A stretch of DNA of 64,000 bases from Ostreococcus lucimarinus (lineage: Eukaryota). Below are positions 13,801 to 21,766 of this stretch, piece after piece (the stretch's first letter is position 1; each line of letters begins with the position of its first letter). The position numbers were made by a program, and so were the translations under genes. Below the pieces are notes generated by a model. The model ran no database searches. It saw only the letters and a program-made list of their open reading frames with translations, and was not told the origin of the DNA. Where the stretch lies: NCBI GenBank assembly GCA_000092065.1, contig CP000584.1; one strand, 5' to 3'.

Positions 13801-16800
13801 TTCATAGGTCGCGATTATCTCGCCGTGCTCAGACTTGCGGAACTCTGTGTGTCAGAAGCGGTGCCCACGCCAGAGGAAGCGCAGCTGTGGGACGCGCTCG
13901 CGCATGCGTGCTCTTTGGATCCAAGCCCCGACGCCACAGCAGTTCGCGTGAAGCTTATGTTGATGGTAAAAGACACTCCAATCGAACCCCGACTCGCGCT
14001 GAAGTGGCCACCCGTGGCGGATGTACTGAATTACGTCAATTGCTGGTCGTACATCAGCGCAAATTGTCGCCTCACTGGACATGAAGAGCTCACCGCGATC
14101 GAAAGCTTGGTTACGGAGACCATGGCAAAGAAGAAAACTTCCAAGTTCAAGGCTGTCATTAGTTTCATGTTCCCCGGCTCCAAGAAGGCGAGCGCGGCGG
14201 ATATGAGTATGGATCCAACGAAGACCCCAGAGTTGTTGAATCGTGCGGCGTACTTGAGGCAGCTCGTGGGCGGAATCGCGCGCATGAGCGCCGGATCTAC
14301 GCCGACGAGTTCTGGATTCCCTCTAGTATATCCAGTGGCGCCAGAATATGACAGATTCGATACCGTGGACGACCTGACTTGCTTGTCCGATAAGGTAACG
14401 GGTGAAGGACCTCTGGGCAAACTCGCGGGTCTGATTCAAACGTACAATCGTCCAGATGACGTGAGCGTCAACGGTAGTCAGGCGCTCGCTTTGATCGGCC
14501 AATGGATCGACAAGGAAAAGTTCAATCTCGACGGTAACTTGGGATTCCCGTTATTCTTTGAGCTCATGACTGGAACCCTGCCGCTGCGCGTTCTTCCTGG
14601 TGATTCTCCCCATCGTTGGGGTTGCGTTCTCCTTCGTTTTGTGCCAAACGAGCAATCGATGAAGTGCGGTACACTCATGAGTACGTTACGCGTACTTGCT
14701 TCCAGCCCCAACATCGCGCAGGATTGTCCTAAAATGGAAGAACAGAGCGTTGGTCAACGGTTTAGTTCAATGTTTACTTCGGACGGTGCGATAGGTATGT
14801 TACTTCGCAAAGTACGACCGTACCTGCAACAGCGAAAAGAGGAATTCCCCGGTCGCATATCTTGGACGGGCAAGGAGTACTTGACGCAGAGCATATACGA
14901 GTCTGACGTGCAGACTTGGGCGCGTACGATTGCTACTGGCGGCAGATGGGCGCTGACTCGATTCATGAATACATCGTGCTCTGAGCGCGAGTTCTCTCTC
15001 AAGTCGAGCGATAGCGCTGAGATGGCTGGTGGTACCACGTGGAGTGGGAAAACACTCCAGCACGTGGATCTGGAGATGCTCGTGAAGCGCCCACTCGGTG
15101 TCCTTGATTTGAACAAGTATGTCGTTCCTCTTACGGAAGATAGAGCCGATGAACTCGCGGAATCCGTCGCGCTCGGCGGTGTCGGTGGTTTGCCGTTTGA
15201 CGTCAGCCAGCATCCAGCGGCTACGACGTCCGTCGCTAGACAGATGCTCAATCGTTTGCGCGCCGACGTAACCGGAGCATCAGACAAAGCTAAGGCGCGA
15301 CGCATGAATGGTGATTTTAGTGCGGTGACGTTGAAGGGTTTCTCCCCCAGTGATACTGCCGCGATCGCATCTGAAGCGGGTGCAGGCCGCGCCGGTCATG
15401 CCGCGGGGACCGCCCGTGCGGTTCTACGTGAATTGCTAGAAGGAATTCGTCGTGTCACCGCCGACGATAAGGCGGCCGCATCTGAGGCTATGTCAGCTGC
15501 ACTTGCTACGGCGAATGGTTTACGAAAAGACGTCGAGTCTGGGACAAAGATGTTACGTCTCGGATTGCAGCGCCGCGCAGGGGCTTGGGCCGAGGTGACA
15601 TTTGAAGATTTGGTTGAGTGTTTGACGTGCGAAGGCGGCGAACACATTTTATCCCGTTTGTCTCCAGATGTGACCGCAAAGCAAATAGTTGATGCGTTAT
15701 ATTTGACGTCGCAAGCGTTGCTGCTCACGCTTCGCGCGACGCTAGCCGCGAAAGCGGCGGGTATGGTGGCTGACACGCTCATAGCGTTGACGAATTGTGC
15801 AAAGACAGCGGCTATTGACGGTATTGATTCTGTCGATCGAGACTTGAGGCTCAAAGCTCTGGCAATCGCGGAGTTGATTTCAGTGGAACGACATTACTTC
15901 CAGGCGGACACTGCGAATCCATTCAGCAAGGCAACGCGCTTGATCTTTGATCCTCGTTTGCTAGTCTACGAGTACAGTCAGAGCATCGTGCTGCGCAAGC
16001 GCCAAGTCGAGCTGACTCGAGATTTCGTTGACACGGCTGAGAACGGTGGCGGCCAGTGCGCACAGATGCTCATGGGTGAAGGTAAAACAACTGTGGTGTG
16101 TCCATTACTGGGCTTCGTTCTCGCCAAGAGCAGCTCTGTCGTCGTCCAAGTAGTCCCTCACGCACTTCTCGAGTTTTCGCGAAGCACTTTGCGCAAGGCG
16201 TACTCAGGAGTCATCAGACGTTCGGTCGTTACCCTCGAGTTCAACCGATACACATCCCTCGCCGATGGCTCAATACTCGCAACTTTAAGGAAAGCGAAAG
16301 AGAATCGAGCCATCGTCATCTCGTCACCGACAAGCATCAAGTCTCTCGCGCTTAAATTTTTGGAAGTCTGCCACCTGCTCGATCAATCGTACATCGCTGA
16401 CCGTGATGGCAAGACCGGTGGTATGCTCGCACAAGGAGCTGATTTAGTCAGTCGCGTTTTTGGTGGCGCTAAAAGTCGGAGTGAACGTGTTGCTGAGGCT
16501 GGTGGGTTAACCATCGAAGAAATAAACACATTGCGCTCAGAGGCAACGGCGGCCGCGGAAATTTTTGAAATTTTCCAAACTGGCACGCTTATTTTGGACG
16601 AAGTCGACTTGATTCTTCATCCTTTGAAATCCGAACTCAACTGGCCAATGGGTCGACGTATTCCGCTCGACTTCAGCAAGGCTGCGTCAGGCGACGGTTT
16701 GAGATGGAAGCTTCCATATTACATCCTTGACGCCATCTTCGCAGTCACGTACGGGCGCTCGACGGCTTCGGAGGCTGAAGGTTCGCAAGAGGCAATCGAT

Positions 16801-19800
16801 CTGCTCGACGGTATACGCGCCGCGGTTCGAACGGCGATCGAATCGAAACAATTGCAGACATCACCGCATCTAGCGTTGCTCGATAAGTCTTGGTATCAAG
16901 ATATCTTGCGTCCGCTCTTGGCGCAGTGGACGAGCATTTGGCTGCGTGCTCATGGCGCGTTGCGTGGCATGTCAGAGGCACTCATTATGGCGTATCTTCT
17001 GCGGGGACCGGGCGCGGCTGAAGCAAAAGCGCAGCTGAATCGTGAATGTGAAGACGAGGCTGTGAAGATGACCAACCTCGCGCGAGATTGGCTTTGCTCT
17101 CTGTTGCCTCACATGCTCGCGAAGATTAATCGCGTAACGTTTGGTTTGTTACAGCCCGCGGACGTATCGCTACTCGAAGAAGTGACGGGATCGCGTCTGC
17201 CGAAAACCCGTAGACTTTTGGCAGTTCCTTTCGTGGGTAAGGATATTCCGAGTCGAACGAATGAGTTCTCACATCCAGATGTCGTTCTCGGGTTGACAAT
17301 TTGCGCATACCGCCTCGAGGGTTTGCGCCGTGCCGACTTCAAGCAAATGCTTCGAATCTTAATGGAAGAGTACGATAACGAGGCCGGTCCTCCTCAGAAG
17401 CGACCGGCTGCTCGTAGGTGGGCGGACTGGGTGCGTACGACTGGGAAGCGAGTGCGAGGTGAAGCGCGCGCTGAGGCAGCGCTCGCCGCAAGACGACGCG
17501 GCGTTTCGCAGCAAACCGGAACTACAAATGTCGGGGATACCCGCGGATTGGCGTGGCTCGAAGACGACACCGCAGGTCTGCAAGACGACGAGGTTTGGCC
17601 TTTGCAGCTTATCGATCTCAGAGATCACGATCAGGTTGAAGAAATCTACCAACTTCTGCGAAGGACGCCGCCGTGTATCGAGTATTATCTCGACGAATTT
17701 GTCTTCCCTGAAACGGCGCAGCATCAAGATTTGAAACTGAGCGCCACTGGCCAAGAACTCGGTGGTGATGTGTTGTTCCCCAACCGACTCGGTTTTAGCG
17801 GTACCCCGAGCGACTTACTGCCGCTCGAGCTCGGTGCTCCGCGATACGAATCCGGCTCTGACGCCAAGATGCTGGCATACTTGACGGATCCGGAAACCGC
17901 AGCGACGATGCCTTTGGACGTTGATTGGAACGTGCAGACTCTCCTCACCCGTATTGCGACGGTAGACCCACCGATACGTGCGCTCATCGATACGGGTGCG
18001 CTTGTCACGGGCATGTCCAACCTCGATGTCTCGAGATTCTTACTCGAGAAGGGTCTGAAATGGGCTGAAGGATGTGTGTTCCTCGACGAAAATGATCGAC
18101 AGATGATTCTCATGCGCAAAGGATGGGAAGTCATTCCTCTTCAACGCGTCGCCGCAATGCCTTTGACGAAACGATTTACGTTCTATGATCAAGTTCATAC
18201 GACCGGTATGGACATCAAACAGGCCGCGGCGTCGCAGGCAGCCATCACCCTCGGTAAAGACATGTGTCTTCGCGATTATGCGCAGGGTGCTTGGCGCATG
18301 CGCGGTTTGGGCAAGGGTCAGACGCTAAAGGTGATTGTGATTCCGGAGGTTGCGAGACTCATCTCGCACGAAGTTGCCAAAGGAGGTGGACAGATCCCAT
18401 CGACGCGCGATGCTGAACTCGCGACAATGTCGGCCGAAGCGGTCGAGAAGCGTAAGTTACGAGACATCACGGCTTGGCTCGTCGTGAACAGTATGCGAAG
18501 TGAGAATATTCAAGCCGGTTTGCTCGCAGAGCAACGCGCGGCGAATATCTGGAGAAAGCATTCATACAGGAAGCTTGTGTCATCGCCCACTGCACCGGGA
18601 ACACCAAAGGCGGAGGGTATGATTCACGCGTGCCTTGACGTCTTCCGAGATCGCGTGTCGTACGTCGTGGCGAATGTCATTCCTCAAAGTGTATCGCCTT
18701 CAGAGAAGTTAGCGAGGAGCGTACAGCAGTTCGGACATTTGCTCGACGATAGTCCTCGCGCAAAAGAGCAATTACGATTGATCGTGAACGACGTGAAGCA
18801 AATGGAGGAGACGACGAATGCGGCGTTGAAGCGGATTCGCGCTGGCACACACATGGCTCCAGATGCGGCGGAGTCCGGTGATCAAGGTTTGGCTGGTGGT
18901 TTGGAGCACGCCTTGGACCTCGAGCAAGTTCAAGAGAATGAGGAAGAACAAGAAAATGAGCAAGAACAAGAGCAAGAGAAGGAAGAAGAACGTGAGGAAG
19001 AAATCATCGAGGAAGCCCCAGATGGCTTGAAGTACGTGCGCGACGACGAGAAACAGCCGTCGTGGAGTTACGAGTCTTTGTGCAAAAGTCCAAGCTCAAT
19101 GGCTCAAGGTTTCTACCCACTCAAAACGTTCAAGATACATAAAGGTGTCGGCAAGACTACAGCACCTTTGGATTTCCCGGAGTATCTATATCTATCGAAA
19201 AATTACTTCCGTGAAGGATGGGCGCTCAACGGCCATCGACGCTTGAAGAATCTCACCGTCGTGCTGGACTGGGTACCGGATAGCAGCGCTTTATCGACCG
19301 ACGCCGGTGGTAGCGTCGCGGCGGGTACGTTCACAGCAGACCAGGAGTCAGCGCTACGAACTGCGTTCGATATGTTTGACTCTTCCGGAAACGGTCGTTT
19401 GACAGAGTCCGACCTCCGAGAGGTTTTGCGTGAGATCGACGCTTGCGTAGAAGACGATGAGCTTCGTCTTCAACAGTTGGCGCGTGAGGTTGCTGCAGAA
19501 TCACGCACGTTCAATACCGGGGGTAAGTCATCTGGGACGTCTTTCGAGGAGTTAAAGCGCGTCCTTCGTTCGAAGAACATTTACTCATTGCAACGTGGGC
19601 GATACTACGTCGCGTTGTCTCTGGCTGAAGCCGAGTCGCTGCGCGTTGTCATGCATCTCACGAAGGGTAGTAAAGCGAGTGACGGCAAACTGATTCCATC
19701 CAAACTCACCGAAGCTGCGTTGCGAATCGGTGGCGGTACGCTCATCGATAACACGTCGAGATTTACGCCCGCACAGGTGTTTCAAGGTGCGACGGCCGAG

Positions 19801-21672
19801 CAATGTTTCAGATTTCTCGACAGTCAGCTGGATTTCGAAGACCGCGAAGTTTCATTGCTGCTTCGTGCGCTCCAAGGGTCGTCGTGCGATAAGCGAGCGC
19901 AATTTTTCGTGTCTGTTCGGGCGTGCAGGCGGCGCGCTAAAATTCCATGGGCGTCGTCGCCACTCGCCAAGGTTCTCACTACGGTGGATGAATTCCATTT
20001 ACTCGCGTCGAGAGCACTCGTCGCTCGTGTACGTACGGCGCTCAAGTCCAAACGTATGCGTCTTTTAGATGCGTTCCGGGCTTTTGACGGAGATAACATT
20101 GGAAAGCTTACGTATGAAGCGTTATATGGTGGCTTGTCGTGGCTCGGCCTTTCGCTCACGTCGGCTCAAATGCTCGAGCTGGCTGCGCGTGTGGACAAGA
20201 CGCACGACGGCTACATCAGTCGAGAAGAGTTCGAGGAAGCTTTCGGGCCAGATGACGATTGGGTTTTAGATGGCGATTTCCACGAACAGGTTCCCATACC
20301 GACTCTAGCTCCCTCGGTGCCAGTGCCGACGTCTCAGCTTGCGCAAGTGAGCTTGATGGATATTCTCGGCGACGTTGGAAGCGACGAGGGGTCGAAATCG
20401 TCGAGTAAGGATCTTGTCGCTCCTGAGATACAGTCGCCATCGAAGGTAATGAGCACGGAAAATTTGAGCATCGATGACGGTACAGGACTTGGTGACTGGG
20501 GCGCGCTCGGAATGGCGGCGACTTTACCAGTTGTTGCGAAGAAGAACCCGCCTCTCGCCAAGGAACAGCCCAAGCCAAGCGCGAACGATCCGTTTGGTTT
20601 GGGTCCTCCAGCCGGCGCGTCGTCAACCGCGTTCGATGATTGGTTGTCTGGCGGTTCGGGCAACATGCTTGGCGGTGGCTCGTTGAACGATCCCCTCGGC
20701 ACTCAAGCAAACCCAAATGCCGCAGACGGCTGGGAAGGCAACGACATGATTCAGCTCGACACCTCGACTGGTACCATCGCCGCGCCGGCGCGAGATAAAA
20801 TCCAGGCAAGAGCTCTTGTGGATCCGGCAAAGGAAGCTGAAGAGCGCAGGCACCGCCAAGTCGATTCCAAGTTGACGAGCTCGGCTCTTAATGGGTTCCA
20901 AGTAGCCGTCGTGCACCAAAAATCGTTCCAAAAAGTTTGGACGAGCGACGGCACTGGAAGCCGTTCGACTGGAAGCGTGTGGCAAGCAAACTTGGGTAAA
21001 TCGACGCTGAAGAAAAAGACTGAGCGCATTTCGCTCGGTCACTACGCTTCGCCACACTTTTCGCAACCGAAACCTGCGCCATTTGCTGTCGAAGTGACCG
21101 ACATAAATGCGTTCGCGCTCACTGGTTCGAACTATATGCCACGAGTGTTGGATCGCTTGTTCCCACATCCGAGCCGGTTCAGACAGGTTTGGGGACAAGA
21201 ATGGAAAGGAACGGCGGTGTATGCGTGGACTCCCGTGCCGCCACCTGGATGCGTAGCCATTGGTATGGTGTTGACGTCTATCCCGCAGGCACCGGACGTG
21301 TCCACCATGCGATGCATTCCAGAGAAATGGGCAATAAAGCCAACGATGGAACCCCAACTCGTGTGGACGAATGAAGGCAGTGGTGGTCGTCCGGCGAGTA
21401 TTTGGTTGGTGAACTCGCTCGGTTTGTTGTACGTGAATGTCGGGCACAATCCTCCTCCGGCGAGAGATGTTTGGGACATCAAACGAGGTCAGCTCACCGC
21501 GGACCAGGTGCTTCAGTATCAGGCGTCGGCGCCGCAAACGTCCTACGGCGGAACAGGAATTTCGAGCGACAGCTTTGACGGACCGACGTACAACCCTCCG
21601 CGGCCTCCACCCCCGAGCGGCAACAGCGGTGGATCAAACGCTTTGCCCGCGGGATTAGGATCGCTGATTTAG
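7870..21672 (+). CDS. Giant single-exon multidomain protein (about 4,590 aa from ATG 7897). Domains in order: PH domain, long alpha-rich region, P-loop NTPase module resembling DUF3638/DUF3645, acidic E/Q tract, two EF-hands, Vps62/DUF946-like C-terminal domain.
   Basis: Uninterrupted 13.8 kb ORF. Codon 1 in the track is TTG; the first ATG is at 7897 (MSRAAG...). PH-like N-terminus: HVAFSGWLTKRGGKDLYGKATWRLRYFVLRR. P-loop: CAQMLMGEGKTTVVCPLLGFVLA (around 16068-16097), with a downstream ILDEVDLILHPLKSELNWP block. Acidic tract EEQENEQEQEQEKEEEREEE (around 18925-19012). EF-hand loops DSSGNGRLTESD and DGDNIGKLTYEA/DKTHDGYISREE. C-terminal VWTSDG...SIWLVNSLGLLYV...WTPVPPPGCVAIGMVLT resembles the plant Vps62/DUF946 motif (SIWRP.PP.GY..LG). 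Confidence 0.8.
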   Translation: MRLFRSRRAMSRAAGASAPSTASSHVAFSGWLTKRGGKDLYGKATWRLRYFVLRRPRHAKERACVRYFANEPADGAESAAKGEFAINGQSAVRILDSDETFAEFGLKAHKYAGKRMFAFQTMPGQGGKSAALVVEAEDLTTMQRWVTAISEAITRARSLENEAASKTGLAVLNAQVDGDENDVLRGKNFRGTLELAGLCGPLGDGALPVHLDACWENLTFVDLMADSCLNEKLGKMRRSKYVRETLTSLVDSAITIGRCLGASPIPMSGPESNAMSTIRRALDDMLALARLMPVGTKDNNIFVSFLAALLDRVRQLRPGELIMCPGGWANEEGGAAVIYTIHRLPAHFVVSLTNCGDGVEFHPIQADPAKDAFKYIHTIQLMDVPIAVAMDSSAWALLFRPLIFPQDAASAKDMIYNKLLPMMNGRPLLASVTPKPLRTVKFAKQPRGRDSSGVFTALEAARCGLASLGCPPNRADALVNLGVRFVMLEEAKRDLERVNMIGASALVTLQAACRTVAEYAANHADLCVEAEEASNGEPPKKTTMPRETLAQMLRSVESVILRTKALHGATTLPPALQPPKVPITACALPLFNRLASEGNVDSLAGAARTPPILRPVELTLVPDAVAKLEDVPKALRNALHCCTILANQADLMPNSYALRVSLLVHLFVHVLPAPLPITHPERHTKCFWASVNTTYELQAEILRSLNLLLRHFSAAALSISVTQTFDAARLLTIANFAAIADATLRLKVADAPSAFMQHYAGYAEGPISAFGFEIGPFAVEAEYLRFHCPERTIRLTQTLDYFHSLKKTIESDHMIYRWENEAAGGMSFGVGEARLIDQVCLQMGIGREDPEYLAKYHSGELREFADSYPEMSALRDIIFMFKLLMAPTSDDLPELARWKPIDAALDWSVARRESSRSYFDLEVRAFGRALTIQPWKEPEVEQGTSKTGWRNIFGGGFFARMQDRRPRCPPSGANPSNLAGQRVDTEEDVLHLREVPTFDNLLKPSESELLLTYLTAPMIRLPLVMKLFAEPTRVRGLTHNDIQSVLDAVIFEPGPWAPPEPTTIPKEIPATTRAHMATPTGLLVHELINCPAPLADSAEELLALSLELDTGRHDAPSAQGVLFACRMLTRLLAFVDSILKANSLDSEFTTSTGLTRGLDCSSASLSALADVKVRITKALKERCRPVIQRWLRHAVKKNAIRAACALHAHLAYMYYWTPRVEIDKQAALIILTAQQYIFVNYHFTDTPDGSETSNRKLADTGSMSGVDTGLGFAPTEIFDLFQRKRRSILEWAAANPQDANSILENVVETLTTKKTDGSNSPTNVLDAEDTFSAKRAWRRAPGAGGAGRFVSYVSDIPFADLVERDKRAAALLLQNHRHYGEWLLETTLQSFDMEINAQLGEFTVRKNRLRHLEASIREMPDFVAALGPVLAKRGIEPSHFQELSKGDELVIGDSGDVVHCAEVKNTEHRTWMRLVGLNHDIQLWDRDPRPPLNEFTRPLVSRVQTKSQALELLGRAVGAGGLASCEQWILSILDPIIKGPGAGYLHGVELFLPKNTIHGSIARLAGTGAPENAVSEPWSFWKRKTVSTSNDDQRRVEEAKQLLTEVMIVREPPLVQVFRVESYGRRWRRSLVFASNASFCLADIDPDGQPILKDENERFLLSAARLGSRAPSLVVTRLLNGFIGRESFVPARHLRGLLPQVLLEEYQFWRSETTGDLFGTANESASHPNTMIHVRLGYENNLLLDGGFPVDTRAIVRRLPTMGADGISRLPPLDGSYVDGQLTLVDLLYAPSLAGEQGRALLALTKSLAAVEGLAHSLVWSSKPGLESGPNEHIAGVCDISRVELPRLGVSFNAIESGGAIRLECEEHAGLFLAQRRNAALEILLTGLPHALLLEARDGALSVLLSASAIPRPAATASDFAHGASTGLGSDLIIDRWSTQWVENIGSTKHYVYPVHPSHATISATSMPAALYLAILRFIGRDYLAVLRLAELCVSEAVPTPEEAQLWDALAHACSLDPSPDATAVRVKLMLMVKDTPIEPRLALKWPPVADVLNYVNCWSYISANCRLTGHEELTAIESLVTETMAKKKTSKFKAVISFMFPGSKKASAADMSMDPTKTPELLNRAAYLRQLVGGIARMSAGSTPTSSGFPLVYPVAPEYDRFDTVDDLTCLSDKVTGEGPLGKLAGLIQTYNRPDDVSVNGSQALALIGQWIDKEKFNLDGNLGFPLFFELMTGTLPLRVLPGDSPHRWGCVLLRFVPNEQSMKCGTLMSTLRVLASSPNIAQDCPKMEEQSVGQRFSSMFTSDGAIGMLLRKVRPYLQQRKEEFPGRISWTGKEYLTQSIYESDVQTWARTIATGGRWALTRFMNTSCSEREFSLKSSDSAEMAGGTTWSGKTLQHVDLEMLVKRPLGVLDLNKYVVPLTEDRADELAESVALGGVGGLPFDVSQHPAATTSVARQMLNRLRADVTGASDKAKARRMNGDFSAVTLKGFSPSDTAAIASEAGAGRAGHAAGTARAVLRELLEGIRRVTADDKAAASEAMSAALATANGLRKDVESGTKMLRLGLQRRAGAWAEVTFEDLVECLTCEGGEHILSRLSPDVTAKQIVDALYLTSQALLLTLRATLAAKAAGMVADTLIALTNCAKTAAIDGIDSVDRDLRLKALAIAELISVERHYFQADTANPFSKATRLIFDPRLLVYEYSQSIVLRKRQVELTRDFVDTAENGGGQCAQMLMGEGKTTVVCPLLGFVLAKSSSVVVQVVPHALLEFSRSTLRKAYSGVIRRSVVTLEFNRYTSLADGSILATLRKAKENRAIVISSPTSIKSLALKFLEVCHLLDQSYIADRDGKTGGMLAQGADLVSRVFGGAKSRSERVAEAGGLTIEEINTLRSEATAAAEIFEIFQTGTLILDEVDLILHPLKSELNWPMGRRIPLDFSKAASGDGLRWKLPYYILDAIFAVTYGRSTASEAEGSQEAIDLLDGIRAAVRTAIESKQLQTSPHLALLDKSWYQDILRPLLAQWTSIWLRAHGALRGMSEALIMAYLLRGPGAAEAKAQLNRECEDEAVKMTNLARDWLCSLLPHMLAKINRVTFGLLQPADVSLLEEVTGSRLPKTRRLLAVPFVGKDIPSRTNEFSHPDVVLGLTICAYRLEGLRRADFKQMLRILMEEYDNEAGPPQKRPAARRWADWVRTTGKRVRGEARAEAALAARRRGVSQQTGTTNVGDTRGLAWLEDDTAGLQDDEVWPLQLIDLRDHDQVEEIYQLLRRTPPCIEYYLDEFVFPETAQHQDLKLSATGQELGGDVLFPNRLGFSGTPSDLLPLELGAPRYESGSDAKMLAYLTDPETAATMPLDVDWNVQTLLTRIATVDPPIRALIDTGALVTGMSNLDVSRFLLEKGLKWAEGCVFLDENDRQMILMRKGWEVIPLQRVAAMPLTKRFTFYDQVHTTGMDIKQAAASQAAITLGKDMCLRDYAQGAWRMRGLGKGQTLKVIVIPEVARLISHEVAKGGGQIPSTRDAELATMSAEAVEKRKLRDITAWLVVNSMRSENIQAGLLAEQRAANIWRKHSYRKLVSSPTAPGTPKAEGMIHACLDVFRDRVSYVVANVIPQSVSPSEKLARSVQQFGHLLDDSPRAKEQLRLIVNDVKQMEETTNAALKRIRAGTHMAPDAAESGDQGLAGGLEHALDLEQVQENEEEQENEQEQEQEKEEEREEEIIEEAPDGLKYVRDDEKQPSWSYESLCKSPSSMAQGFYPLKTFKIHKGVGKTTAPLDFPEYLYLSKNYFREGWALNGHRRLKNLTVVLDWVPDSSALSTDAGGSVAAGTFTADQESALRTAFDMFDSSGNGRLTESDLREVLREIDACVEDDELRLQQLAREVAAESRTFNTGGKSSGTSFEELKRVLRSKNIYSLQRGRYYVALSLAEAESLRVVMHLTKGSKASDGKLIPSKLTEAALRIGGGTLIDNTSRFTPAQVFQGATAEQCFRFLDSQLDFEDREVSLLLRALQGSSCDKRAQFFVSVRACRRRAKIPWASSPLAKVLTTVDEFHLLASRALVARVRTALKSKRMRLLDAFRAFDGDNIGKLTYEALYGGLSWLGLSLTSAQMLELAARVDKTHDGYISREEFEEAFGPDDDWVLDGDFHEQVPIPTLAPSVPVPTSQLAQVSLMDILGDVGSDEGSKSSSKDLVAPEIQSPSKVMSTENLSIDDGTGLGDWGALGMAATLPVVAKKNPPLAKEQPKPSANDPFGLGPPAGASSTAFDDWLSGGSGNMLGGGSLNDPLGTQANPNAADGWEGNDMIQLDTSTGTIAAPARDKIQARALVDPAKEAEERRHRQVDSKLTSSALNGFQVAVVHQKSFQKVWTSDGTGSRSTGSVWQANLGKSTLKKKTERISLGHYASPHFSQPKPAPFAVEVTDINAFALTGSNYMPRVLDRLFPHPSRFRQVWGQEWKGTAVYAWTPVPPPGCVAIGMVLTSIPQAPDVSTMRCIPEKWAIKPTMEPQLVWTNEGSGGRPASIWLVNSLGLLYVNVGHNPPPARDVWDIKRGQLTADQVLQYQASAPQTSYGGTGISSDSFDGPTYNPPRPPPPSGNSGGSNALPAGLGSLI
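18925..19012 (+). repeat. Coding low-complexity (GAA/CAA/GAG)n tract encoding an E/Q-rich acidic stretch inside the giant ORF
   Basis: caagagaatgaggaagaacaagaaaatgagcaagaacaagagcaagagaaggaagaagaacgtgaggaagaa. Confidence 0.7.
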
Positions 21673-21766
21673 AAAGCGTCCAAGCGCGCGTGTTGAATAC
21701 ATACAAGAACTGCGAATCTTTTACAACCGTTTTGCCCCTCGTCATTCTTGATAAATAAAACGCCTA

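Noticed and set aside
16820-16850. GGTTCGAAC/GATCGAATCG motif resembling a tRNA T-arm
   Set aside because: It lies inside the giant ORF in frame (..AAVRTAIESKQ..) and lacks the rest of a tRNA structure.
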